Assembly: GCA_963750165.1 (NCBI GenBank)
Contig: CAVVPN010000011.1
Span: 1,440,001 to 1,504,000 of the forward strand
Length of the DNA stretch: 64,000 bases
Source of the DNA: an uncultured Gemmataceae bacterium
GTDB taxonomy: Bacteria > Planctomycetota > Planctomycetia > Gemmatales > Gemmataceae
Reading direction: 5' to 3'
The position numbers were made by a program, and so were the translations under genes. Shown here in pieces: positions 10,837 through 20,240 of this stretch (positions are counted from its first letter, which is position 1; each line of letters starts with the position of its first letter). The notes under the pieces are model-generated. The model was not told where the DNA came from. It saw nothing but the letters and a program-made list of their open reading frames with translations, and did not search any database.

Positions 10837-12291
10837 TCAGTCCCGCAGCTTGAAAGAGACGTACTTCGTCTCCAGATACGCCTCCAACCCCTCGTGGCCC
10901 AGCTCGCGGCCCATACCGCTCTCCTTCATGCCGCCGAACGGGCACTGCGGCGTCGCCGGCACCGGATCGTTGACGCCGATGATGCCCGCCTCCAGCCCCT
11001 CCGCCATCTTCCACGCCACCGTCAAATCATTCGTGAACACGTACGCCGCCAGTCCGTAGCGCGTGTTGTTTGCCGCCCGGATCACCTCGTCCAGGTTGCT
11101 GAAGTTCAGCAGCGGCATCACCGGCGCGAATGGCTCCTCCGTCAGCAGCTTCGTCTGCGGCGGTACGTCCGCCAGCACCGTCGGCTCGAAGAAGTAGCCC
11201 TTGGGGAACTTGTCGCTGCGCTTGCCGCCGGTCAGGATTTTCGCACCACACTTGCGCGCGTCCTCGACCAGGCCGAGCGTGTTCTCCATCGCCCGCTTCT
11301 CGAACATCGGCCCGACCTCGACGCCCGCGTCCAGGCCGTTGCCGAGCTTCAGCTGCTTCGCGAACTCGACCACCGCCTCGGTGAACTTCTTCTGCACATC
11401 CTTGTGGACGAAGAAGCGGCTCGGGGCAATGCATACCTGACCGTTGTTGCGGAACTTGCCCATGACCGCGATCTTGGCTCCGACCTCCGGGTCCGCGTCC
11501 GGGAAGACGATGAACGGCGCGTGGCCGCCCAGCTCCAGGCTCAGGCGCTTCACCTGGTCCGCGGCCCCCTTCATCAGCTGCTTGCCCACCTCCGTCGAGC
11601 CGGTGAAGCTGATCTTGCGCACGGCCGGGTTCTCCAGGAACTCGTCGGCGATCTCCTGGGCGGGGCCGAGCACCAGGTTGGCGACGCCAGCCGGCAGCCC
11701 GGCCTCGACCAGGCACTCGAAGACCTGCACGAGACAGAGGGGAGTCTGGCTGGCGGGCTTGCAGACGATGGTGCAGCCAGCCGCCAGCGCCGGCGCGAGT
11801 TTGCGCGATTGCAGCGTGATCGGGAAGTTCCACGGGCTGATGGCCCCGACGACGCCGACCGGGTGCTTGAGCGTCACGTGCCGCTTGCCCGGTGCCGAGT
11901 TCGGGATCAGCTGGCCGTAAGCACGCTTGCCCTCCTCGGCGAACCACTCGAAGGTGTCGGCGGAGTGCAGGATTTCGGCCTTCGACTCCGCGAGCGGCTT
12001 GCCCTGTTCGAGCGTCAGGGTGCGAGCGATGGCGTCAGCGCGTTCGCGCATCAGCTCGGCGGTCTTCTTGAGCACCCTGGCCCGGTCCCAGGCGGTGAGC
12101 TTCATCCACGCGGGCATGGCCTTGGCCGCGGCCTCGACCGCCCGCCGCGCCTCGGGGCGACCGCCGTAGGCCATCTCGGCCAGCACCTCTTCCGTCGCCG
12201 GATTGATGACGCCCAGGGTGCGGCCGTTGTCGGCGTCCACCCACTTGCCGTCGATGAACATGCGCTTGCTGGTGGCGGTCGCGGTGGCCAT
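10837..12291 (-). CDS. gabD: NAD(P)-dependent succinate-semialdehyde dehydrogenase
   Basis: WFAEEGKRAYG, PWNFP, ISFTGSTEVGK, LELGGHAP, KFRNNGQVC, PFGGMKESG. Confidence 0.85.
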   Translation of the reverse strand: MATATATSKRMFIDGKWVDADNGRTLGVINPATEEVLAEMAYGGRPEARRAVEAAAKAMPAWMKLTAWDRARVLKKTAELMRERADAIARTLTLEQGKPLAESKAEILHSADTFEWFAEEGKRAYGQLIPNSAPGKRHVTLKHPVGVVGAISPWNFPITLQSRKLAPALAAGCTIVCKPASQTPLCLVQVFECLVEAGLPAGVANLVLGPAQEIADEFLENPAVRKISFTGSTEVGKQLMKGAADQVKRLSLELGGHAPFIVFPDADPEVGAKIAVMGKFRNNGQVCIAPSRFFVHKDVQKKFTEAVVEFAKQLKLGNGLDAGVEVGPMFEKRAMENTLGLVEDARKCGAKILTGGKRSDKFPKGYFFEPTVLADVPPQTKLLTEEPFAPVMPLLNFSNLDEVIRAANNTRYGLAAYVFTNDLTVAWKMAEGLEAGIIGVNDPVPATPQCPFGGMKESGMGRELGHEGLEAYLETKYVSFKLRD

Positions 12292-12430
12292 GTGTCGGTC
12301 CTTTTGCCAGAGAAATTGGGCGATGCCTGGGGCCTGTCTCCCCGTATTGTAACCGGGTCAATCTAGGGTTGAAACCGGTGCAGTCAAGCGCCGGCGGCAC
12401 GGTCCGTCCCTGCCGGGCGGCGTCTGACCG

Positions 12431-12487
12431 AGCAAGGGAGCCAAGGGAGCCAAGGGAGCCAACTTTTTCACACGTCGAGATCCGGCG
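12431..12487 (-). repeat. TCTCGACGTGTGAAAAAGTTGG-(9-mer)n module, solitary copy
   Basis: (CAAGGGAGC)x3-CAACTTTTTCACACGTCGAGA; related to copies at 22.3, 35.7-35.85 and 46.2-46.4 kb. Confidence 0.85.
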
Positions 12488-12540
12488 TTGGTGCAGGAAT
12501 GGCACTCACTGGCACTCCAACACCAGGCGAAGGGTGGCGG

Positions 12541-12881
12541 TCAACTGGGATCGCTATTGCCGCACTCCGTGTCCATGTCGGCGCCACAGAAGGGGCAGAA
12601 CCGGATTCGCGGATTGAGTCGAAAGGGGTTGAGATGAAAACCCTGGTCTGCCAGGACCAAATGGGTCAGCCGGTTGCGACAGCAGGGGCAGCGGATGCCG
12701 AACACGTAGGCGCCGGCCATCGTCAGCCAGGCGATCGCGAAACCAACGACGCCGCAGATCATCACGTCCCCGGGCAACCCGAACCCCTGCCAGGCCGCAA
12801 ACGAAAGCGCGAACAGACCAGCACCGAAATACATCACGGCCATGACCAGCCGCTTTTGCCGGTTGAGAACGTCACGCACGG

Positions 12882-12885
<4 letters not shown>
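12541..12885 (-). CDS. Small membrane protein with Zn-ribbon (CPCC...CPFC)
   Basis: Two hydrophobic segments then paired Cys motifs; ATGA overlap with the upstream ALDH. Confidence 0.7.
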
Positions 12886-14342
<1,457 letters not shown>

Positions 14343-14360
14343 GGGGGCCTCCCTTTCAAA

Positions 14361-14414
14361 AGGAGGAAGGAGGAACCAGAAAAGCCTATCTGATTCTATT
14401 CCTCCTTCCTCCTT
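14361..14414. repeat. AGGAGGA tandem-repeat hairpin
   Basis: AGGAGGAAGGAGGAA ... TTCCTCCTTCCTCCT between divergent genes. Confidence 0.6.
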
Positions 14415-14498
14415 CTGAAGTGTCGTGCTTGCTTGGCCAGCGGGGACGGCCTAAAATCGCAATGGTTCGTGGCGACCCCCTTCCCCCGGAACCTCCCC

Positions 14499-15260
14499 AT
14501 GCAACCGCACGACCTGCGCCGGCTCCTTGAAGAACTCCAGGCGGGGCAGCTCAGCGTGGACGCGGCGCTGACGCAGCTGCAGGCGCCGCCGCCGGTGGCG
14601 GACCTCGGCTTCGCCCATGTCGATCTGCAGCGCCACCAGCGCTGTGGCTTCCCGGAAGTCATCTTCTGCGAGGGCAAAACACCGGAATGGGTGCTCGGAG
14701 TGGTCCGCCAGCTGGTGGCCGCGAAGCAGGATTGCCTGGCGACGCGCGTCAGCATCGCGCAGGCGCAGGCGCTGGCCGAGGAGTTCCCGCAGGCGCAACA
14801 GGACGCGGTGGCGCGGACGTTCTGGCTGCCGGCGGGGCAGCCGGGGCCGCTGCTGGGCCGCGTGGTCGTCATCACCGCGGGCACCAGTGATTTGCCGGTG
14901 GCGCGCGAGGCGGTGGTGACAGCACAGGCGCTGGGCTGCGATGTGGGGCTGCTGGCGGACGTGGGCGTCGCCGGCATCCACCGCCTGCTGCGGCAGCGCG
15001 AGCGCTTTCAGGACGCCGACGTGCTGGTGGTGGTGGCCGGCATGGACGGGGCGCTGCCGAGCGTGGTCGGCGGCCTGGTGGACTGCCCGGTGATCGCGGT
15101 GCCGACCAGCGTCGGCTACGGGGCGGCCTTCGGTGGGCTGGCAGCGCTGCTGACGATGCTGAACAGCTGCTCGGCGAACGTGGTGGTGGTGAACATCGAC
15201 AGCGGCTTCAAGGGTGGCTATGTCGCGGCGCTGACGGCGCGGCGGGCGGCGCGGCGCTGA
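14499..15260 (+). CDS. larB: Nickel pincer cofactor biosynthesis protein LarB (PurE-like)
   Basis: GFPEVIFCEGKT, TAGTSDLPVAREA, DVGVAGIHRLL, AVPTSVGYGA, VVNIDSGF. Confidence 0.92.
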   Translation: MQPHDLRRLLEELQAGQLSVDAALTQLQAPPPVADLGFAHVDLQRHQRCGFPEVIFCEGKTPEWVLGVVRQLVAAKQDCLATRVSIAQAQALAEEFPQAQQDAVARTFWLPAGQPGPLLGRVVVITAGTSDLPVAREAVVTAQALGCDVGLLADVGVAGIHRLLRQRERFQDADVLVVVAGMDGALPSVVGGLVDCPVIAVPTSVGYGAAFGGLAALLTMLNSCSANVVVVNIDSGFKGGYVAALTARRAARR

Positions 15261-15267
15261 TGGCCCG

Positions 15268-15657
15268 TCAGCGCTTGCACGTACCTTCGACACAGGCGCG
15301 CCCGCGGCGCCGCGGCAGATAGGGCCGCACCCTGGCGAAAACGAGGTAGCCCACGGTCAGCAGCGCGTGGGCCCCCGGCAGTCGTCCCAGGCGCGCCAGC
15401 CAGCGGTAGCGCGGCAGCGCTTCCCACAGGGCGAGGAACACGTCCACGCCAGTGATGATGTCATCTCCCAGCCGGCCGTGCATGACGGCGTGCAGACGCC
15501 GCGGGTCGAGACCGTGGCGGGCGGCGTCGAAGTCCGGGTCGGTGATGTCGATGAAGGCGACGGGCTCGTCGCGCACCTGTCGGCGATAATGGGCGATCTC
15601 GCGCGAGCAGAGTGGGCACAGGCCGTCGTAGAACAATGTCAGTGGTTTGGTGCTCAT
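15268..15657 (-). CDS. DCC-family thiol-disulfide oxidoreductase (DUF393)
   Basis: LFYDGLCPLCSREI (DxxCxxC). Confidence 0.9.
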   Translation of the reverse strand: MSTKPLTLFYDGLCPLCSREIAHYRRQVRDEPVAFIDITDPDFDAARHGLDPRRLHAVMHGRLGDDIITGVDVFLALWEALPRYRWLARLGRLPGAHALLTVGYLVFARVRPYLPRRRGRACVEGTCKR

Positions 15658-16638
15658 ATGGGGAGAGAACCGCGATCCGGCTCGATTCATAACCGCTTCC
15701 CCGCCCTGGCCGCGGCGCGGGCCTGGTCCGAGGCGGCTCTGGCGCGGCTGCGGGTGGCGCTGGCGGACCTCGGCCGGGACTGGCCGGAGGTGGCGACGGT
15801 GGCGGTGTCCGGCTCGCTCGGCCGCCTTGAAGCGGGGCCGCACTCCGACGCGGACGTGCTCGTCATCCTGAGCACAGCAGCGTCGGACGATGGGGCCGCC
15901 GAACTGATGCAGGTTATCTGGGACGCCCTCGCCCGGGCAGACTTGCCGCGGCCGAAGCCGACCGGCATCTACGCCACGCCCGCGACGGTCGCAGACCTGT
16001 GCTCGACCGCCACCCTCGGTCAGATCGCGGAGGATGTGCCGACGTTCGGCAAACGCCTGCAATTGCTGCTCGACGCCCGGCCCGTCTACCGCCCCGACGC
16101 TTGCCGCGACCTGCAGGCGGCCGTGCTGCGGCGCTACGCGACGGGCTTCGGCAACTGGGACCACCTGCTCGATGACCTGATCCGCTACTTCCGTTCGCTG
16201 CGCGTGCGGGACCGGTGGTATTTCGACTCCGGCAAGGGCGGCTGGTACACGCGCAGCGTCAAGTCGGAGCATAGCCGGCTGCTGCTGTACGCGGGGCTGC
16301 TGCTGCCGCTGGGCGGGGCTGGCGAGCGGTTGGCGGAGTATGTGGCGCTGACGCCGCTGGAGCGCGTCGCCCGGGTGTACGCGGAGCACGGCGACCCGCA
16401 CTTCGAGCGCGTGGCGGTCGCGTATGAGCGCTTCCTGGCGGTGCTGGCGGACCCGGAGCAGCGCGCCCGCCTGGGTGCGGAGCCGCCGGCCACGGTCGCC
16501 GACTTGTGCCGGGCCGCGCCGCTGGGGTACGATGAATTGCTGGCGAACGCCCGTGGGCTGCGGCGTGAGTTGCTTCGCTTCGTGCTGGCCCGGCAGGCGG
16601 ATTGGGGCGCGGACTTCATGGCCCGTGTCTTCTTTTAG
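15658..16638 (+). CDS. Nucleotidyltransferase-domain protein (DUF294/GlnD-like); start uncertain
   Basis: VSGSLGRLEAGPHSDADVLVI (GS-x-DxD) plus a helical C-terminal domain (LLDDLIRYFRS, RSVKSEHSRLLLY). Confidence 0.75.
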   Translation: MGREPRSGSIHNRFPALAAARAWSEAALARLRVALADLGRDWPEVATVAVSGSLGRLEAGPHSDADVLVILSTAASDDGAAELMQVIWDALARADLPRPKPTGIYATPATVADLCSTATLGQIAEDVPTFGKRLQLLLDARPVYRPDACRDLQAAVLRRYATGFGNWDHLLDDLIRYFRSLRVRDRWYFDSGKGGWYTRSVKSEHSRLLLYAGLLLPLGGAGERLAEYVALTPLERVARVYAEHGDPHFERVAVAYERFLAVLADPEQRARLGAEPPATVADLCRAAPLGYDELLANARGLRRELLRFVLARQADWGADFMARVFF

Positions 16639-16847
16639 CGCTGGTGTCCAACGGTGTCATCACCGCCGAACGCCCCGCGTTCATTGCTTGCAGAAATGCA
16701 GCAGGCCATCAATTGTAGACGCCCGTGGCGTGGTCCGGGATGGTCACGGCGGGACACGCGAGTTTCGCGGAGGTGCGTTCCCGAACCGGCGTCGGTCGGC
16801 AAGGAAAATTCTTGCTTTTGTTCAAACGCCCTGTACCGTGGGTGTTC

Positions 16848-16957
16848 GGCGAACGAATACCGGAATAGGCGAACGAAGGACTGGATTAGGCGAACGAAAG
16901 GCCGGAATGGGCAAATGAGCGGCTGCAGGTTACTTTAGGCTAATCCAATAGTTATGC
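16848..16957 (+). other. Putative integron attI site with phased direct repeats
   Basis: GGCGAACGAA units at 16848, 16868 and 16889 (degenerate at 16910); TAATCCAATA-GTTATGC core at 16941-16957; GTTATGC is complementary to R'' of the first attC. Confidence 0.6.
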
Positions 16958-16970
16958 GTCGGAGGGGCGG

Positions 16971-17525
16971 ATGTTCGGTTGGTTTAAGAAGAAGCCTCGA
17001 CTCGCACTCGCTTCGACTGAGGAGCGCGAGGCGATTCTGGCCAAGCAGCACTCGGTCTTCCGCGAGGTCGATGCCGCGTTCCATGCGTACCTCGAAGTCG
17101 TTACCGCTAATCCGCAGTGGGACGATGGTCAGATCGAACAAGAAATGGTCATCCGAGGCATCGCTGCAGCACTGGCCGAGGAGTGCGTCACGTTTGGCCC
17201 GATGGCGTGGGGGCGCGAAGTGGTCGAGCAACTTAGCGTGAGTTGTAGCCCGCTATTCCGCCTCCACAGCATGATCGACGGCACGGAGCGCGACCTGCCG
17301 CTCGCTAACGAGTTGGCCTACGCTTGGGCGCGGGCGATGATCGGACTTTACCGCATACCGGACCGCAACGAGGTATTCAAACTTGTGGCCGGCCGGAGCG
17401 CCGAGTTGGATGCTGTCAACAACGCCCTCAACGGTGGGGCGTCCGCGGCGAGCTTGCGAGAATGCAAGATGCAGCCATCGATCGTCCATTTTCGGCGTAG
17501 AATTGCGAAGGAAGCTGACGCATAA
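16971..17525 (+). CDS. Integron cassette protein, hypothetical
   Basis: GGAGG RBS just after GTTATGC; stop TAA inside attC R'' GCATAAC; lower GC. Confidence 0.8.
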   Translation: MFGWFKKKPRLALASTEEREAILAKQHSVFREVDAAFHAYLEVVTANPQWDDGQIEQEMVIRGIAAALAEECVTFGPMAWGREVVEQLSVSCSPLFRLHSMIDGTERDLPLANELAYAWARAMIGLYRIPDRNEVFKLVAGRSAELDAVNNALNGGASAASLRECKMQPSIVHFRRRIAKEADA

Positions 17526-17616
17526 CTAACGGCTGAAGCTGACCGGGGCCGCCATCTTGGTTCTTCGAGCTTTACGTTCTTGCAGGCGGCCCCGGCAGCT
17601 TAGCCGAGCGTTCGGC
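17520..17616 (+). other. attC site 1 (97 bp)
   Basis: GCATAAC...GGCT[G]AAGCTG[A]CCGGGGCCGCC / GGCGGCCCCGGCAGCTTAGCC...GTTCGGC; two extrahelical bases on the left arm. Confidence 0.88.
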
Positions 17617-17633
17617 CACCGGAGGGCGCGCAG

Positions 17634-18242
17634 ATGCGGCAGGGGCAGGTGCGGGCGGCGGCCGAACGGAACCAGGCGGCTCTACATCGCCACTGATCGA
17701 TCTCGAAACGAGGTACTGGAGTACGGCATCGACTGTTGGCCGAGGCGGATTCTTCCGGCCGTCGCCCGAGCGATCGAGGCAGAGGCAGACCCGGCTCGCA
17801 AGTAACTGTTGGAAGCAAACTACACTCTGTTCACATACCAAGACCTGAGCGGGCCATACTGGGAGCCTGCCGACGAGTATTCGACGGCTCCGGGCTCCGC
17901 TCCTCTTCTGGAAACCTTGACGAACGATCAGGCAGATTCCATCGAGCACAACCCGCCCGAGGTGTCGCTGGTCGTCAGCCCGGAGGAAGCGTTACGGCAA
18001 CTCCGGACGATCCCGCACCAGCGGTGCCAGGATGCGATCCCGAACAACTGGACGCTGTAGGGGACGAGACTGTCACCCCGCAGAGCGTGGCTTGGCTCTA
18101 CTGCTGGGGCGAAACCGGGATGAACAGCCGCAAAGCCGCGGCCGCCTCCCGTCGAGTGTTCGACGCCATCTTCGACGTGCCGTTCGCAGATTACGATGAG
18201 CTGGTAGACCACAATGAGGCGCGCGGCGATCGATACCGATAG
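17634..18242 (+). pseudogene. Degraded cassette ORF (several frameshifts and stops)
   Basis: GGAGG then ATG after attC1; protein-like fragments in successive frames (..YIATDRSRNEVLEYG.., ..EANYTLFTYQD.., ..VAWLYCWGETG..). Confidence 0.45.
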
Positions 18243-18431
18243 GCGCCGCCGGTTTCTCGTGAGACAGCGCACTTACAGACGGCCTTCGCGGCGCAGCCTT
18301 CGCCTTCAGCCCCGGTGAGCGCATAGGAAGGCGAACCGCCGGAGTGGGGGGGGGACGGTCCTCTTGACGGCTGAGGGGCGAAGCAGGAAGATGAAGCGGC
18401 GGATGACGACAGGTAGCCGAGGGCAAGACCC

Positions 18432-18689
18432 ATGTGGCGGGTGATAGTTCGCATCTCCTTCTTTCGTGACCGTGGATCCCGCTTGAGGAACCACGTCGCT
18501 GCGTTCTTCACCACGATGGGGCTACAGAACACTCGCACAGGTACGTGGGAGTCCTCGGCCGTCGGCCTCGCACAAGCAGCGACCCAGATGAATCTTGTGC
18601 TCCAGGCGCTCGCCAACCCCCAAGCTGTGCCTAGCGTCCATCCACAGGCGGCGCTGAACCATCTCTGGGTCTACATTGATCGTGCATAG
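18432..18689 (+). CDS. Small basic protein, predicted ferredoxin-like (Cas2/VapD/GhoS-like) fold
   Basis: GAGGG RBS; beta-alpha-beta-beta-alpha-beta hydrophobic pattern. Confidence 0.65.
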   Translation: MWRVIVRISFFRDRGSRLRNHVAAFFTTMGLQNTRTGTWESSAVGLAQAATQMNLVLQALANPQAVPSVHPQAALNHLWVYIDRA

Positions 18690-18698
18690 GAGGGCGAT

Positions 18699-18908
18699 AT
18701 GACTCAAGCCCCGTACTTCATCATCAGCGAAACCACTGAGGATCGCTTCGACGAGGCTGATAGTCTCGAAGAGGCGCTCCGCATCGCACGGGAATTGGTG
18801 AAAGAGAGCCAGGCCGGTGACCCGGTGTCGATCGAGCATAACGGGAGAGTAATCCGTCAGCTCGTGTTGACCCCGGACGGAGAAGTCGAAGAGGAACCCA
18901 CCGAGTGA
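18699..18908 (+). CDS. Small acidic protein, putative partner/antitoxin
   Basis: AGGAGG RBS overlapping the upstream stop; Asp/Glu-rich. Confidence 0.75.
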   Translation: MTQAPYFIISETTEDRFDEADSLEEALRIARELVKESQAGDPVSIEHNGRVIRQLVLTPDGEVEEEPTE

Positions 18909-18957
18909 CGGCCAGAACGAACTCGCTCGCATTCCTGTCAGGTGCGGGCGGGACAGA

Positions 18958-19054
18958 GGCGAACCAAACGCTACAGCAGACAGGGGCCGCATTACGGTTT
19001 TGCGCGCTTCAACGCCCCTCCAGCGGCCCCGGCTGTTGAGCTGGGGCGTTAGCC
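18958..19054 (+). other. attC site 2 (97 bp)
   Basis: GGCGAAC-CAAAC-GCTACAGC...GGGGCCGC / GCGGCCCC...GTTGAGC-TGGGGC-GTTAGCC; same length and arm family as attC1. Confidence 0.85.
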
Positions 19055-19068
19055 GGCGGAGAAACAGC

Positions 19069-19578
19069 ATGACTGCGAATGAGCGTGCAGCCCAAATCTG
19101 GCCAGTCTTGGCGCTGGCTGCACACAACCGCCAGGTGCTCACTTACGAGATGGTCGCTCGGCTCACCGGGATCGCCCGTGTCGGTCTCGGCCAATGCCTC
19201 GAGCCCATCCAGTCCTATTGCCTGGTCAAGAGCCTGAGCCCCCTAACGATCCTCGTCGTCAGCGAGAAGACCGGGATGCCGGGGGTTGGATTCGTCGCCG
19301 CCCAGGATATACCGCGTGCGCAGCAAGAAGTCTTCAATTACGACTGGCTCGCCCACGGGGGGCCTTCTCCGGAGAGCTTCGAGGCTGCGGTGCGGGAACG
19401 GCCGTCCAACGGTATGATCCAGGTGCCGGCGACCCATCCGGACTTGCGGCAAACGGCTTCCGGTGTTCATGAACTGCCGCGGGTTCGCGTCGGGAGCCCG
19501 CGCCTGGCGGAACCCGAGCGTGCGGCCGACTTCACGATGGAGGTCGCCGAGGAGCACCCACATGCCGGCCTACGATGA
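19069..19578 (+). CDS. Cassette protein, HTH-like N-terminal domain (LTYxxxA...PLTILVV...GxPGxGF)
   Basis: GGAGA RBS after attC2 R'; motif pattern. Confidence 0.7.
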   Translation: MTANERAAQIWPVLALAAHNRQVLTYEMVARLTGIARVGLGQCLEPIQSYCLVKSLSPLTILVVSEKTGMPGVGFVAAQDIPRAQQEVFNYDWLAHGGPSPESFEAAVRERPSNGMIQVPATHPDLRQTASGVHELPRVRVGSPRLAEPERAADFTMEVAEEHPHAGLR

Positions 19579-19957
19579 TGGCCGCTTCGCCCCCGCGGCG
19601 CCGGTCGCCAGAGTCAGCCTTCGGCATCCGGAGAGCGGGGCGAGCAGCGCGGATGTCTTCATGCTCATCGACTCGGGTGCGGATGCCACATGATTGCCGG
19701 AATCCGCCAGCGCCTCTCTCGGCCTGGCAGGCGCGGGCGAGAGGTATGGGCTGGTGGCGTTCGACGGCACGACCACGGAGGCGGAGGCTGTCCACGCCGT
19801 CCTCGTGTTTCTCGACAAGACGTTCCGCGGTCTCTTCCTCCCGGTGGCGTCCGAGGTCGGGGTCAGCGGCCGCAATGTCTTGAACCGGGTCCGGTTGTTG
19901 CTGGATGGCCCGGCATTAACCTGGGAGGAATTACCGCAAGCGCCAAAAGACGGCTAA
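19562..19957 (+). pseudogene. Retropepsin-like aspartic protease with an in-frame TGA at 19691-19693
   Basis: MLIDSGADAT*LP...GVSGRNVLNR; same frame on both sides of the stop; final stop inside attC3. Confidence 0.75.
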
Positions 19958-20012
19958 CGCTCAAGATCAGCGGCCCGCCGACAGGCGGGTCCGCTGCATC
20001 ACTTTGTTAGCG
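19952..20012 (-). other. attC site 3 (61 bp), inverted polarity
   Basis: GGCTAAC...GATCAGCGGCCCGCC-GACA-GGCGGG[T]CCGCTG[C]ATC...GTTAGCG; extrahelical bases on the right arm. Confidence 0.75.
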
Positions 20013-20240
20013 TGCCGACGCCACGGCCGTCTCCGACCCCGCGGCGCGGACGACCGGCGTCAGCTCCACCAGCGGCGACGCCGGCGACTCCTCACAGGCC
20101 GTGCGCGTCGGCGGCCCATACGCCGCCCGCGACTCAATCGGCCGCCGGCTCACGAACAGCGGGTCCGCCGGGATGCGCGGCCCTGACCCCTGACAACCGA
20201 CGGCGCCCAGCAGCGCCCCGAGCAACAGCAGCCGTTTCAT
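20007..20240 (-). CDS. Small lipoprotein
   Basis: MKRLLLLGALLGAVGC lipobox; ATGA overlap with the upstream peptidase. Confidence 0.75.
   Translation of the reverse strand: MKRLLLLGALLGAVGCQGSGPRIPADPLFVSRRPIESRAAYGPPTRTACEESPASPLVELTPVVRAAGSETAVASAR

Noticed and set aside
14499..15260. Lactate racemase (lar) operon
   Set aside because: Only larB is present; dispersed lar genes are common
16640..16850. intI remnant or an extra attC (GCCGAAC 16665 ... GTTCGGC 16844)
   Set aside because: No tyrosine recombinase motifs; only about 12 bp of complementarity and no L boxes
16848..16930. 20-21-bp repeats as a CRISPR array
   Set aside because: Units are too short, the intervening sequences resemble each other, and there are no cas genes
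17661..17667. GCCGAAC as R'' of an empty mini-cassette
   Set aside because: It is not followed by an L box or hairpin
19691..19693. TGA as selenocysteine or recoded Trp
   Set aside because: The position after DSGADAT is not a catalytic Cys, no SECIS-like hairpin is evident, and TGA is a normal stop elsewhere in the window
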